A stretch of 64,000 bases of DNA from an uncultured delta proteobacterium (GCA_963828255.1 CAWHDZ010000030.1:96001-160000), one strand, 5' to 3'. Numbered from the stretch's first letter, positions 18,124-30,197 are shown. The notes: generated from the sequence alone by a model not told the origin. Program-made: numbers and translations.

Positions 18124-19138
18124 GTCCGGGCGAGGCGATCACCCGGTTCGACGAGGTCACGATCACCGCCGAGGCGCCGCTGCGCGCGGCCAGCGCGAGC
18201 CCCTCCTCCCCGCCCAGGACGAACACCGCCTTGCCCAGGACCTCGGCGTCGAGGGCGCTCGAGGCGAGAACGCTGGCCTGGCGGCTGGCCGTCGCCGGAC
18301 GGCAGGTGCGGGTGTCGATGACGTGGTGGTGGCGCTTCCCCTCCGAGACGAAGAAGCGCTCCGAGTCGCCGCTCGAGGAGAAGGCGGCGTCGGAGATCTC
18401 CAACCAGGCGAAGGGCTCGCCCGGCGGGCCGCGAGGGTCGCGAACCCCCACCCGCCACGGGCGGCCGCCGCGCGTTCCCGCCGCGTAGAGATCGCCTCCA
18501 GCCTGGACGGTGAAGTCGCGCAGCCCCCGCCGCCGCAGCTCGCCCACGGCCCGATCCACGCCCCAGCCCTTGGCGATCCCGCCCAAGCCCACCTGCATCC
18601 CGGGACGCCGCAGCCGGGCCGTGCAGGGGGCCGCCAGGGTCGGGTCACCGGCCGGCTCGATCTCGAGGTCCCGCCAGGAGACCAGGGGGCAGGCGGCGGT
18701 CACCTCTGCGTCGGAGGGGACCCGCGGCGGCTCGCCGTCGCCGAAACGCCAGACGCCCCGCAGCGCCGCCCAGGTGGGATCGAAGAGCCCGCCGGTCCGC
18801 TCCGCCCCGTCCCGCCCGGCGCGCAGCACCTGGCAGAGGTCGCCGGGGAGGGGAACCGGCCGCCCGGAACCCGCCGACGCGTTGAGCGCGGCGAGCGGCG
18901 ATCCCGGGCGCCACTCGTTCATCGCCTCGTCCACCCGCGCGAAGACCGCGAACGCCGCCTCCACCGCGGCGATCACCTCGGGGCTTACCGGGCGGGCCAC
19001 GGTGATCGTGACCAGCGTGGACATGGCCGGCCGGGTCTCGGAGTAGAGCGCGCCGGTCCAGGGTGGCGCGGACGGCGCCGGGGGCATCGAGGCGCAGGCC
19101 GCGAGGAGGAATGGCGAGAGTGAGGCGGTTGAGCGCAC
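18083..19138 (-). CDS. apbE: FAD:protein FMN transferase (ApbE) lipoprotein
   Basis: Lipobox LLAAC; AMST, GLFDPT, LGGIAKGWGVD, AGGD, SSSGDSER, HHVIDTRT. Confidence 0.92.
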   Translation of the reverse strand: MRSTASLSPFLLAACASMPPAPSAPPWTGALYSETRPAMSTLVTITVARPVSPEVIAAVEAAFAVFARVDEAMNEWRPGSPLAALNASAGSGRPVPLPGDLCQVLRAGRDGAERTGGLFDPTWAALRGVWRFGDGEPPRVPSDAEVTAACPLVSWRDLEIEPAGDPTLAAPCTARLRRPGMQVGLGGIAKGWGVDRAVGELRRRGLRDFTVQAGGDLYAAGTRGGRPWRVGVRDPRGPPGEPFAWLEISDAAFSSSGDSERFFVSEGKRHHHVIDTRTCRPATASRQASVLASSALDAEVLGKAVFVLGGEEGLALAARSGASAVIVTSSNRVIASPGLSARLEVVRPPTP

Positions 19139-19293
19139 GCGTGGCTTCTCGCCAGGGACGTTAGGGCAACAGGGCCTCCCGTGTCGACCCGCGTCCGCTC
19201 CGCCTCCACCTGTCCGCGAGGTCCGCGGAACGGACGGTGGTCGGCGCTTTACAGACTTGCCGGGATCGCGCGATAGAATGGACCCACTCCGCC

Positions 19294-19689
19294 ATGAGCG
19301 AGCCCACCCACCTGGAGCGAGCGGTCCTGCACGCGATGCTCCTGGGCGCCCACCCGGCGCTCGAGGATCTGCGCGAACAGCTCCACGGACTCTCGGTGGT
19401 CCACCGCAACGCAACCCCGACCAGCTTCTCCGCCATGCTCCGGCCGGCTCGAGGCGCGCCGCGGGCTCCCGTCGCGGCGGAGCGCGCGGTGCTCGACGAC
19501 CTGCACGCCGACGTGCCCGGCCTGACCGGCGGGGCCGCCTTCGCGCTCTTCGTCGAGGACGGCTGGCTCTCGCGTCTCGAAGGCTCGACCTTCGGGGGCG
19601 AGTCCTGGCCCGACGACCTGGCCGGCTTCACCCTCCACTACGACGACCCGGAGCGGGACCTCCCCGACCTCGATCCGCCGCCCGGCTAG
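19294..19689 (+). CDS. hypothetical protein
   Basis: GC-typical codon usage; C-terminal FALFVEDGWLSRLEG.TF..ESWP. Confidence 0.65.
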   Translation: MSEPTHLERAVLHAMLLGAHPALEDLREQLHGLSVVHRNATPTSFSAMLRPARGAPRAPVAAERAVLDDLHADVPGLTGGAAFALFVEDGWLSRLEGSTFGGESWPDDLAGFTLHYDDPERDLPDLDPPPG

Positions 19690-19703
19690 GAGCAGACACT
19701 CCG

Positions 19704-20891
19704 TCACCGTGGCGGAGGGGGGACCCGGGTCAGGAAGACCGGCCAGTGTCGCTTGTCGCCGTAGAGCGGCCGGTATCGTTCCACGTTGTACATGGTGGCC
19801 ACGTCCACCTTGCGCGGTCCCAGGGCAGGGTCCGGGATGGGCACGAGCTCGTAGCAGCCGTTCACGATCGCGCTCATCAGGCCGTGCCCGCCATCGAGGA
19901 GGGCGTCGAGGGCCATGGTGCCGAAGGTGGAGGCGACCAGCTTGTCCATGAAGTCGGGCTCGCCGGAGCGCAGGTCGTAGGTGAGGTCGGAGACGATGGT
20001 CTCCTCCCCGGTCCGGAGCTGGATCTCCTCGGAGAGCACCTCGGCGACGCTGGCTTTCTTGCGCCGGCCCAGCGCGTCGGGACGTCCGAACTCCTGGACC
20101 TCGTACCCCTTCCAGGTGGCGCCCTCGGAGAGGATCACCAGCACGTAGTTGGAGGGGTTGTCGCGCTTCTCGGTGATGAGCAGGGCGATGAGCTTCTCGA
20201 GGTCGACGGGGTACTCCGGGATGACGCACCGGTTGGAGGTCACGTGGGCGGCGAAGAGGGCGGTGAAGCCGGCGTCCCGCCCGAAGACCCGGAAGATGCC
20301 CACCCGCTCGTGGGAGCCGATGGTGGTGCGCTGGCGGTCGATGGCGTCGGTGGCCCGGGTGATGGCGGTGGAGAAGCCCACGCAGTACTCGGTGCCATGG
20401 ACGTCGTTGTCCATGGTCTTGGGGATCCCCATCACCTTCACGCCCAGCTGCTGGAGCTTGGCCGCCGACTTGAGCGTCCCGTCGCCGCCGATGGCGACCA
20501 GGGAGTCGATCTGGAGCCGCTCGAGGTTCTCGAGCACGGGGGTGGTGAGGTCGTAGGTCAGGCCCCCGGTTCCCCTGGCGGCGGGGAGGCTCCGTCCCAC
20601 CAGATGGGGGGGGAGGTTCCTGACCTTGGTCGGACCGACGCGGCTGGAGTGGAGGAAGGTCCCGCCGGTGCGGTCGATGGTCCGGGTGTTCTCCCGGGTC
20701 AGGTCGATCACGTAGCGGGCCTTGCTGGCCGGGTCGTCGAGGTTCACGTGGGTGAGCCCCTCGAATCCCTTGCGGATGCCCACCACCTCGAGGCCGTTCT
20801 CCCAGCCCCGGTAGACCACGCTCTTGATCACCGAGTTCAAGCCCGGGACGTCGCCACCGCCGGTGAGGATGCCGATTCGTCGCTTCTTCAT
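19704..20891 (-). CDS. pfkA: 6-phosphofructokinase
   Basis: TGGGDVPGLN, GGTFLHSSR, IGGDGT, PKTMDND. Confidence 0.93.
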   Translation of the reverse strand: MKKRRIGILTGGGDVPGLNSVIKSVVYRGWENGLEVVGIRKGFEGLTHVNLDDPASKARYVIDLTRENTRTIDRTGGTFLHSSRVGPTKVRNLPPHLVGRSLPAARGTGGLTYDLTTPVLENLERLQIDSLVAIGGDGTLKSAAKLQQLGVKVMGIPKTMDNDVHGTEYCVGFSTAITRATDAIDRQRTTIGSHERVGIFRVFGRDAGFTALFAAHVTSNRCVIPEYPVDLEKLIALLITEKRDNPSNYVLVILSEGATWKGYEVQEFGRPDALGRRKKASVAEVLSEEIQLRTGEETIVSDLTYDLRSGEPDFMDKLVASTFGTMALDALLDGGHGLMSAIVNGCYELVPIPDPALGPRKVDVATMYNVERYRPLYGDKRHWPVFLTRVPPPPR

Positions 20892-20900
20892 GGAGGAAGT

Positions 20901-21854
20901 CTAGCAGGTGCACCCGTCCCAGAACGCCTGGAGATCGGGGGCCAGCGGCGCCTCGAGCTCGACCCGCTCCCCGGTCTCGGGGTGGGGGAGCGACAGCCGC
21001 CAGGCGTGCAGCGCCTGGCGCGGGAGCCGGAGGGTCGCGTGGTCGGCCTCGCTCAGTTCACGTTTGGTGAACCGATCGAAGATCATCTCGTCCGGCCCGT
21101 AGATCTTGTCCCCCACGAGGTGCAGGCCGGCGTGGTGGAGGTGGGCCCGGATCTGGTGCTGGCGGCCGGTGCGGGGGTGGCAGGCCACGAGCGCCACCGG
21201 CGTCCCGTCGGCCGCCCGTCGCCGCCCCAGCACCTCGAAGTCGGTGTGCGAGGGAAGCCCCCCCTCCGTCACGTGCATGCGCACCTTCACCCCGCTGGCT
21301 CCGGTGAGGGAGAGCGGCGCCTCGACCGCGAAGCGGTCCCGGGAGGGGTCGCCCTGCACGAGCGCCAGGTAGGCCTTCGTCACCCGCCCGGCGGCGAAGG
21401 AGGCCTTGAGGGCCCGTGTGTACTTCGGGGCGCAGCCGCAGGCCATGAGCCCGGAGGTCTCCCGGTCGAGCCGGTGGGCCGGGTCCACCTTGCGCGCCGG
21501 GTAGGCCGCCTTGGCGAGCGCGGTGAAGGTGTGCTCGGCGTAACGCGCGGTGGGGTGCACTGGCAGCCCGGCCGGCTTGTCCACGACGAGGAGACGGGCG
21601 TCGTCGAAGATCACCCCGAAGACCATGGGGGTCTCCGGCTCCGGGTCGGCGTCCTTCAGGATCGAGAAGCGCATCCCGGGGGTGACCCGGGTGGCTGGCT
21701 TCAGGCGGGACGGCCCCTCGTGCTCGATGCGGGTCTCGATGAGCCTCTGGATGCGCTGCCGGGAGAGGCGCCGGATCTTCTCCTGGAGGTAGCGGTCGAG
21801 CCGCCAACCGGCGTAGTTCGGCTCAACCGTGAAGGGGACGCGCACGACCGGCAT
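20901..21854 (-). CDS. RluA family pseudouridine synthase
   Basis: S4-like N-terminus (RLDRYL), VDKPAGLPVHP, HRLDRETSG, TGRQHQIR. Confidence 0.93.
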   Translation of the reverse strand: MPVVRVPFTVEPNYAGWRLDRYLQEKIRRLSRQRIQRLIETRIEHEGPSRLKPATRVTPGMRFSILKDADPEPETPMVFGVIFDDARLLVVDKPAGLPVHPTARYAEHTFTALAKAAYPARKVDPAHRLDRETSGLMACGCAPKYTRALKASFAAGRVTKAYLALVQGDPSRDRFAVEAPLSLTGASGVKVRMHVTEGGLPSHTDFEVLGRRRAADGTPVALVACHPRTGRQHQIRAHLHHAGLHLVGDKIYGPDEMIFDRFTKRELSEADHATLRLPRQALHAWRLSLPHPETGERVELEAPLAPDLQAFWDGCTC

Positions 21855-21995
21855 GGCGGCGGAACATACAGCCCCGGCGGGGGCCCGGGAAGTGCCCGTC
21901 ATTGCAGGTCTTCCAAGTCATGCCGCACCCACCCTGCTTTTTCCCGAGGCGGTCGTTGACCATCGCGGCCGCGACGCATACAACGGGTTCCCGGC

Positions 21996-22727
21996 GTGAG
22001 GCGCGTCGCGATCATCATCCCCGCACGGTTCGGGGCAAGTCGCCTCCCCGGGAAACCCCTCGCCGACATCCATGGAAAACCGCTCCTCGCACGCGTCGTG
22101 GAGCGCGCCCGGCAGGCCAGCGGGGTGGACGTGGTCGTGGTCGCAACCGACGACGAGCGGATCGCCGCCGCCGCCCGGACGGCCGGGGCGGAGGTGGTCG
22201 TGACCGGTCCGGCCGAGACCGGCACCGACCGGGTGGCCATGGCGGCCCGGGCCATGCTCCCGCGCCCCACCATGGTGGTGAACCTCCAGGGGGACGAGCC
22301 GCTCATCGAGCCGGCGGCCATCGAGGCGCTGGTGCACGCCATGGACGAGGGGGGCTCGGAGATGGCCACCATGGCCCGTCCCCTCGAGGCGGGGGAATGG
22401 GAGCGGCCGGAGGTGGTCAAGGTGGTGACCGACCGGAGCGGACACGCCCTCTACTTCTCGCGTGCGCCCATCCCGGCGCGGCGGGAGCCGGGGCCGTCGC
22501 CGCTTGCCCGGGCCCATGTGGGGATGTACGCGTACACGCCGGCCTTCCTGGAGCGGTTCGCGGCCCTCGAGCCGGGGCGGCTCGAGCGGGAGGAGCGGCT
22601 CGAGCAGCTTCGGGCGCTGGAGCACGGGTTCCGGATCCGGGTCGTGGACACGACCTACAGCGGATTCGGGGTGGACACGGAGCAGGATCTGGAGCGGGCC
22701 CGGGCGCTCGTCGCGGCCGGCCGGTAG
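21996..22727 (+). CDS. kdsB: CMP-Kdo synthetase
   Basis: IPARFGASRLPGKPL, NLQGDEP, LEQLRALE. Confidence 0.95.
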   Translation: MRRVAIIIPARFGASRLPGKPLADIHGKPLLARVVERARQASGVDVVVVATDDERIAAAARTAGAEVVVTGPAETGTDRVAMAARAMLPRPTMVVNLQGDEPLIEPAAIEALVHAMDEGGSEMATMARPLEAGEWERPEVVKVVTDRSGHALYFSRAPIPARREPGPSPLARAHVGMYAYTPAFLERFAALEPGRLEREERLEQLRALEHGFRIRVVDTTYSGFGVDTEQDLERARALVAAGR

Positions 22728-24413
<1,686 letters not shown>

Positions 24414-24422
24414 GGAGTTTCC

Positions 24423-25250
24423 ATGGAGAAGGTCCGGGCCCGCATCGGCGGGCACGACGTCGGAGACGGCTTCCCGCTCCTGCTCATCGCGGGACCTTGC
24501 GTCATCGAGAGCGAGGCCCAGGCGCTCTCCCACGCACGCCGCGTGAAGGAGCTGGCGGCGCGCCACGGGCTGCCGGTGGTCTTCAAGGCCAGCTTCGACA
24601 AGGCCAACCGCTCCTCCGGCAAGAGCTTCCGGGGGATCGGGATCGAGGAGGGGCTGCGGGTCTTCGTGAAGGTCAAGGCCGAGACCGGCCTCCCCACCCT
24701 CACCGACGTGCACGAGACCTGGCAGGCCGAGCCGGTGGGCCGGGTGGTGGACGTCCTCCAGGTCCCGGCCTTCCTGTGCCGGCAGACCGACCTGGTGCTG
24801 GCCTGCGCCCGGCACGGACGCTCCGTGAACGTGAAGAAGGGGCAGTTCCTGGCCCCCCGCGACATGCGCCACGCGGTGGCCAAGTGCCGCGAGGCCGGGG
24901 CCGAGAACGTCCTCCTCACCGAGCGCGGCGCCTCCTTCGGCTACGGCAACCTGGTGGTGGACATGCGGGGCCTCGTGATCATGCGCGAGCTGGGGGTTCC
25001 GGTCTGCCTGGACGCCACCCACTCGGTGCAGCTCCCCGGGGCTGGCGGCGACGTCACCGGCGGTGAGCGCCAGTTCGTGGCCCCGCTGGCCCGGGCCGCG
25101 GCGGCGGTGGGCATCGACGCCCTCTTCGCCGAGATCCACGAGGACCCGGCCACGGCGAAGTCGGACGGCCCCAACTCCCTCGACTTCGACATGGCCGACC
25201 GGTTGCTCACGGACGTCCTGCGCATCCGCCGGGCCCTGGGGCAGCCGTGA
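24423..25250 (+). CDS. kdsA: Kdo-8-phosphate synthase
   Basis: AGPCVIES, KASFDKANRSS, PAFLCRQTD, DATHSVQ. Confidence 0.97.
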   Translation: MEKVRARIGGHDVGDGFPLLLIAGPCVIESEAQALSHARRVKELAARHGLPVVFKASFDKANRSSGKSFRGIGIEEGLRVFVKVKAETGLPTLTDVHETWQAEPVGRVVDVLQVPAFLCRQTDLVLACARHGRSVNVKKGQFLAPRDMRHAVAKCREAGAENVLLTERGASFGYGNLVVDMRGLVIMRELGVPVCLDATHSVQLPGAGGDVTGGERQFVAPLARAAAAVGIDALFAEIHEDPATAKSDGPNSLDFDMADRLLTDVLRIRRALGQP

Positions 25251-25765
25251 CCGCAGCGGCCGCAGCGGCCGCCGACCTGACCGCGCGCGCGGCGCGGATC
25301 CGGCTCGTGCTCCTCGACGTGGACGGCGTCCTCACCGACGGCCGCATCTGGTTCGGGCCTGAGGGGGAGGCGCTCAAGGCCTTCGACGTCCGCGACGGCC
25401 ACGGCATCGTCCGCCTCCGCGACCAGGTGGACTTCGGGGTCATCTCCGGCCGCCCCGGCAAGGCCACCCGCAAGCGGCTCGAGGAGCTCGGCTTCAAGCA
25501 CCTGGTCTTCTCCCAGGTGGACAAGCTGGCCGGCTACGCCACCCTCGCCCACCTCGGCATCGCCGACGAGGAGGTCGCCTACATGGGCGACGACGTGAAC
25601 GACATCCCCCTACTCCGCCGGGTGGGGCTCTCCGCCGCGCCGGCCGATGCCTTCCCCGAGGTCCTCCCCGTGGTGCGCTTCGTCTCGCGGTTCCCCGGCG
25701 GTCGCGGTGCGGTCCGGGAGCTCTGCGAGCTCATCCTCTCGGCGCGCGGGCCGATCCCCCTGTGA
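25247..25765 (+). CDS. kdsC: Kdo-8-phosphate phosphatase
   Basis: LDVDGVLTDG, GDDVND, GGRGAVRE. Confidence 0.93.
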   Translation: MTAAAAAAADLTARAARIRLVLLDVDGVLTDGRIWFGPEGEALKAFDVRDGHGIVRLRDQVDFGVISGRPGKATRKRLEELGFKHLVFSQVDKLAGYATLAHLGIADEEVAYMGDDVNDIPLLRRVGLSAAPADAFPEVLPVVRFVSRFPGGRGAVRELCELILSARGPIPL

Positions 25766-26685
25766 GCGGCGTCCCCTGGTCCAAGCGGGTCCGCCGGAGC
25801 CTGCGGATCCAGGCCATCCGCGTCGGCCGCTGGCTGGGCTCGGTGCTTCCCTTCCGGCTGACCTGGGCGCTGGGGGGCCTGCTGGGCCGGGCCGCCTGGC
25901 GGCTCGGGCGGCGCGACCGGGAGCTCGCCCTCGCGCACCTGGCCATCGCCTTTCCGGAGAAGTCGGAGGCGGAGCGGCGCGTCATCGCCCGGGGGACCTT
26001 CCTGCACTACGGGCACGGCGCCGCCGAGGCGGCCCAGATCGGCCGGATCGACCCCATCTTGGAAACCTACGTGGCCTTCGCCGGCGACGGCGAGGCGATG
26101 CTCCGGGGGGCCAGCCAGGCCGGCAAGGGGTTCATCTTCGTCACCGGCCACCTGGGGAGCTGGGAGCTCCTGGCCCGGCGCATCGTCCGGGCCGGCGTCC
26201 CGGCCATCGTCATCGCGGCCCGCAGCTGGGACCGGCGCATCGACGACATGGTCGAGGCCTTCCGCCTCGGCGGCGGCGTGCCCACGCTCTTCCGGGAGGA
26301 TCCCGGCGGCGGCCGGGCGCTGCTCCGGGCGCTGCGGGACGGCAAGGCCCTCGGGATCCTCATCGACCAGGACACCAAGGTCCAGAGCGTCTTCGTGCCG
26401 TTCTTCGGCCACCTTGCCTCCACGCCCCGCGCCGCGGCCGACCTGGCGCTGCGCTTCGGCTGCCCGGTCTTCGTGGGCTGGTCGAGGCGCCGGGGGCCAA
26501 AGGCGGGCGACGGGTACGTCCTCGAGGTGGAGCCGGTCCCCTACGATCCGGCCCCCGCCGACAAGGAGGCGGAGGCGCTCCGGATCACCGCCACCTGCAC
26601 GGCGAGGATGGAGCACGCCATCCGCAAAGCCCCGTCCGAGTGGGTCTGGATGCACCGGCGCTGGAAGACCAAGCCTACGGAATAG
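25762..26685 (+). CDS. lipid A late acyltransferase (LpxL-like)
   Basis: GHLGSWE, DQD, PFFG, WVWMHRRWKT. Confidence 0.88.
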   Translation: MSGVPWSKRVRRSLRIQAIRVGRWLGSVLPFRLTWALGGLLGRAAWRLGRRDRELALAHLAIAFPEKSEAERRVIARGTFLHYGHGAAEAAQIGRIDPILETYVAFAGDGEAMLRGASQAGKGFIFVTGHLGSWELLARRIVRAGVPAIVIAARSWDRRIDDMVEAFRLGGGVPTLFREDPGGGRALLRALRDGKALGILIDQDTKVQSVFVPFFGHLASTPRAAADLALRFGCPVFVGWSRRRGPKAGDGYVLEVEPVPYDPAPADKEAEALRITATCTARMEHAIRKAPSEWVWMHRRWKTKPTE

Positions 26686-26726
26686 CGGCAGTTTCTCCTC
26701 CTACGCAAGGTTGGTGCCGAAAGCCC

Positions 26727-26755
26727 TTGTCGCCTTGGGGTACCCCGGGTATCGT
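26727..26755 (+). promoter_or_regulatory. putative sigma70 promoter of lptC-lptA-lptB-rpoN
   Basis: TTGTCG-N17-TATCGT in the only intergenic gap before lptC. Confidence 0.45.
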
Positions 26756-26761
26756 CGAATT

Positions 26762-26777
26762 AGCAAGGGCTGTGCCA
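26762..26777 (-). promoter_or_regulatory. sigma54 (-24/-12) site, inverted
   Basis: Minus strand TGGCACAGCCCTTGCT = TGGCAC-N5-TTGC. Confidence 0.7.
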
Positions 26778-26778
26778 C

Positions 26779-27339
26779 TTGATCAACCGTGCCAAATCCA
26801 ATCGCGGGACCTGCTGGCGCCTCGAGCCCCGGCCCCTCTTGGCTTGTGCTGCATCAATTCTCCTGGTCGCGGGATGCGCTCCGGGCGAATCGCCGGGGCC
26901 CGCCTCCCCTCCCGAGATCGCCATGGAAAGCGTGCAGTTCCGGGCCTGGAGGGGCGCCGACCTCGCGGCCTCGGGCACCGCCGGAAGGGTGGTCTATCGG
27001 AGGAACTCGGGCGAGGTGGAGGGCACGGACGTGCGCGTGGTCGTGCCGCGGCCGGGCATGCCCGAGATGGCCGTCGCGGCCCCGAGGCTCTCGGGAGACC
27101 TCGGCGCCCGCACCTGGGCGGCCGGGGGCGGCGTGGTGCTCACCCGCGGTGACGCCACCGCGCGAACCCCCACGGCCCGATGGGCCGAGGCCGACGGCAT
27201 CGTGCGGGGAGACGAGCCGGTCCTGGTGAGCGGGCCGGCCTACCGGCTCTCCGGGCCGGCCTTCACGGCCGACCCCGGGACGGGAGACGTGGAGATCCGG
27301 GGCGGCGTCCGTCTCGTGGCCGGAGGACCCCTCCCGTGA
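26779..27339 (+). CDS. lptC: LPS export protein LptC-like
   Basis: Position before lptA-lptB; beta-jellyroll-like sequence; possible lipobox LVAGC; start uncertain. Confidence 0.65.
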   Translation: MINRAKSNRGTCWRLEPRPLLACAASILLVAGCAPGESPGPASPPEIAMESVQFRAWRGADLAASGTAGRVVYRRNSGEVEGTDVRVVVPRPGMPEMAVAAPRLSGDLGARTWAAGGGVVLTRGDATARTPTARWAEADGIVRGDEPVLVSGPAYRLSGPAFTADPGTGDVEIRGGVRLVAGGPLP

Positions 27340-27803
27340 TCGGCGCCTGGCTGGCCCTCGCCCTCGCGGCCGCGCCTCCGTCACCCCCGGTGACGGTGGT
27401 CGCCGAGGAGGTCCAGTACCTCTACAAGGAGGGCAAGGTCGTCTTCACCGGCAAGCCGATGGTGACCCTCACCCGCGAGGACGCCACCCTCACCTGCAGG
27501 AAGCTCGTGGCCGAGAACGACGGCGAGGGGCGCATCCGGCGCGCCGTCTGCACCGGCGACGTCAAGCTCACCCGGGGCACGCGGGTGATCACCTGCGAGA
27601 CCGCCACCTACGAGGAGAGGACGGCCCGCGTCACCTGCACCGGCAGCCCGGTCCTCAGGGACGGGGAGAGCGTGATGCGCGGCGAGGTGCTGGCCTACGA
27701 CCTGGCCGACGACCGGGCCACCCTGACGGCCGCCAAGGGAACCATCGTCCCGCAGCCCGGGCTCGATCTCTCGTCCCTCAGGAAGAAGGAGCCGGCACCG
27801 TGA
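27336..27803 (+). CDS. lptA: LptA/OstA family protein
   Basis: Signal peptide, jellyroll repeats (FTG, TGDV, TGSP), synteny. Confidence 0.8.
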   Translation: MIGAWLALALAAAPPSPPVTVVAEEVQYLYKEGKVVFTGKPMVTLTREDATLTCRKLVAENDGEGRIRRAVCTGDVKLTRGTRVITCETATYEERTARVTCTGSPVLRDGESVMRGEVLAYDLADDRATLTAAKGTIVPQPGLDLSSLRKKEPAP

Positions 27804-28555
27804 GCGCCGCCCTCGAGGCCACCGGGCTCGTGAAGAGCTACCGCGGCCGGAAGGTCGTGGACGGGGTCTCGTTCCGGGTGGCCCCCGGCGAGGTGGTCGG
27901 GCTCCTCGGGCCGAACGGCGCCGGCAAGACCACCAGCTTCAACATGGTGGTGGGGCTGGTGCGCCCCGACGGTGGCACGGTGCGTCTCGGCGACGAGGAT
28001 CTGACCCGGCTCCCCATGCACCTGCGGGCCAGGCGCGGCGTGGGCTACCTTCCGCAGGAGGCCTCGATCTTCCGCAAGCTCACCGTCCGGGAGAACTTCA
28101 CGGCGGTGCTGGAGGCGCTCGGCAAGGGGCGCGTCGAGCGGGAGCGCCGGGCCGACGAGCTGCTCGAGGAGTTCCACCTCCGCACGGTGGAGGGGAGCCT
28201 GGGGGAGCAGCTCTCCGGCGGCGAGCGGCGCCGCGCCGAGGTGGCGCGCAGCCTGCTCAACGACCCGCGCTTCATCCTCTTCGACGAGCCCTTCGCCGGG
28301 GTGGACCCCATCGCGGTGGGCGAGCTGCAGCGGCTCATCGGCTCCCTGCGCACCCGCGGCATCGGCGTCCTGCTCACCGACCACGCCGTGCGCGAGGCGC
28401 TCGGCATCTGCGACCGGGCCTACATCCTCTCCACCGGCCGGATCCTCGAGGAGGGGACGCCGGCCCACATCGCCGCGAGCCCCCGCGCACGCGCAGTGTA
28501 CCTGGGAGAGAAGTTCCGTCTCGACGACGACCACCGCTCCGAGGTCCGCCCATGA
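27800..28555 (+). CDS. lptB: LPS export ABC ATPase
   Basis: [37 protein letters not shown]. Confidence 0.95.
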   Translation: MSAALEATGLVKSYRGRKVVDGVSFRVAPGEVVGLLGPNGAGKTTSFNMVVGLVRPDGGTVRLGDEDLTRLPMHLRARRGVGYLPQEASIFRKLTVRENFTAVLEALGKGRVERERRADELLEEFHLRTVEGSLGEQLSGGERRRAEVARSLLNDPRFILFDEPFAGVDPIAVGELQRLIGSLRTRGIGVLLTDHAVREALGICDRAYILSTGRILEEGTPAHIAASPRARAVYLGEKFRLDDDHRSEVRP

Positions 28556-30051
28556 GCCTCGAGCTGAGACAGAGCCTCAAGATGTCGCAGCAGCTGGTGA
28601 TGACGCCCCAGCTGCAGCAGGCCATCAAGCTCCTCCAGCTCTCCAGGCTCGAGCTCGTGGACCTCATCCGCAGCGAGATCAACGAGAACCCGCTGCTCGA
28701 CGAGGCCCCCGAGGAGGACGAGCGCGCCGAGGGCGCCAGCCCCGCCGAGGCCAGCCTGGAGCGGCTCGACCCGGCCCCCAAGGAGCCCGAGAAGGCCGAG
28801 GAGGTCAAGGGCGAGGAGGGCACCAACGAGATCGACTGGGACCAGTACCTCGATCACTACCAGCTGCAGGGCCACACCGCCCCGTCCAACAAGAACATGG
28901 GGGACGAGGACCTCCCCGGCTACGAGGCCACGCTGACCCGCAAGGGAGACCTCGGCGACCACCTCGTCTGGCAGATGCGCCTCTCCGCGTTCACGCCGGA
29001 GGAGGAGCAGGTGGCCATGCTCATCATCGGCAACCTGGACACCGACGGCTACTTCCGCATGCCCGCCGTGGAGGGCGAGGCCGATGACTCGGCGGTGCGG
29101 GACCCGCTGGTGCACGTGGCCTTCGAGGCCGGGGTTGGCATCGAGTTCGCCCAGCACGTGCTCAGCAAGGTGCAGTCGCTCGACCCGCCCGGCGTGGCCG
29201 CCCGCGACCTGCGCGAGTGCCTGCTCCTCCAGGCGAGGGCCCTCAACGCCGACCTGCCCGAGGTGGTGGCCATCCTCGAGCACCACCTGAGGCACCTCGA
29301 GTCGAAGAACTACGCGGCCATCGCGCGCGACCTCAAGATCTCCATCGACGAGGTGGTGAAGGCGGTGAAGGTCATCGCCGCCTTCGAGCCCAAGCCCGGC
29401 CGCGCCTACACCAGCGAGGAGGCGCAGTACATCACCCCGGACGTCACCGTGCAGAAGGTGGGGGACCGCTACGTCACCGTGCTGAACGACGACGGGCTCT
29501 CCAAGCTGCGCATCTCCGGGATGTACCGCCAGGCCTTGAAGAACGGCAGCGCCGGCGCCGCGAAGGAGTACATCCAGGACAAGCTGCGCAGCGCGGTGTG
29601 GCTCATCCGCTCCATCCACCAGCGGCAGCGCACCATCTACAAGGTCACCGAGTCGATCGTGAAGTTCCAGAAGGACTTCTTCGACAAGGGCATCGCCTAT
29701 CTGAAGCCCCTCATCCTCCGCGACGTGGCCGAGGACATCGGCATGCACGAGTCCACCGTGTCGCGCGTCACCACCAACAAGTACGTGCACACGCCGCAGG
29801 GAATCTACGAGCTCAAGTTCTTCTTCAACTCGGCCATCGCCCGCACCGGCGGCGACGAGATCGCCAGCGAGGCGGTGAAGAACCACATCAAGCAGATCGT
29901 TTCGGCGGAGGATCCGAAGCGGCCCCACTCGGATCAGAAGATCGTCGAGCTCCTCAAGGGGCAGAAGATCGAGATCGCCCGCAGGACGGTTGCCAAGTAC
30001 AGGGAAGTGCTGGGGATTCTTCCCAGCTCGAAGCGGAAGAAGTTCTTCTGA
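28552..30051 (+). CDS. rpoN: RNA polymerase sigma-54
   Basis: [21 protein letters not shown], RpoN box ARRTVAKYR. Confidence 0.98.
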   Translation: MSLELRQSLKMSQQLVMTPQLQQAIKLLQLSRLELVDLIRSEINENPLLDEAPEEDERAEGASPAEASLERLDPAPKEPEKAEEVKGEEGTNEIDWDQYLDHYQLQGHTAPSNKNMGDEDLPGYEATLTRKGDLGDHLVWQMRLSAFTPEEEQVAMLIIGNLDTDGYFRMPAVEGEADDSAVRDPLVHVAFEAGVGIEFAQHVLSKVQSLDPPGVAARDLRECLLLQARALNADLPEVVAILEHHLRHLESKNYAAIARDLKISIDEVVKAVKVIAAFEPKPGRAYTSEEAQYITPDVTVQKVGDRYVTVLNDDGLSKLRISGMYRQALKNGSAGAAKEYIQDKLRSAVWLIRSIHQRQRTIYKVTESIVKFQKDFFDKGIAYLKPLILRDVAEDIGMHESTVSRVTTNKYVHTPQGIYELKFFFNSAIARTGGDEIASEAVKNHIKQIVSAEDPKRPHSDQKIVELLKGQKIEIARRTVAKYREVLGILPSSKRKKFF

Positions 30052-30197
30052 TCTGGTATGATGGCGGTAGAACGCGTGACGCTTTCGGCGACATGCAGTT
30101 CGTCGGCCGCGAACCTGCCGGTCCTCCTCGCGAGGGGGATCCCGGAATGTCGCGGCCGATTCATTCTCGCATCCAGCGCCGCACCCAGGAGGACACG

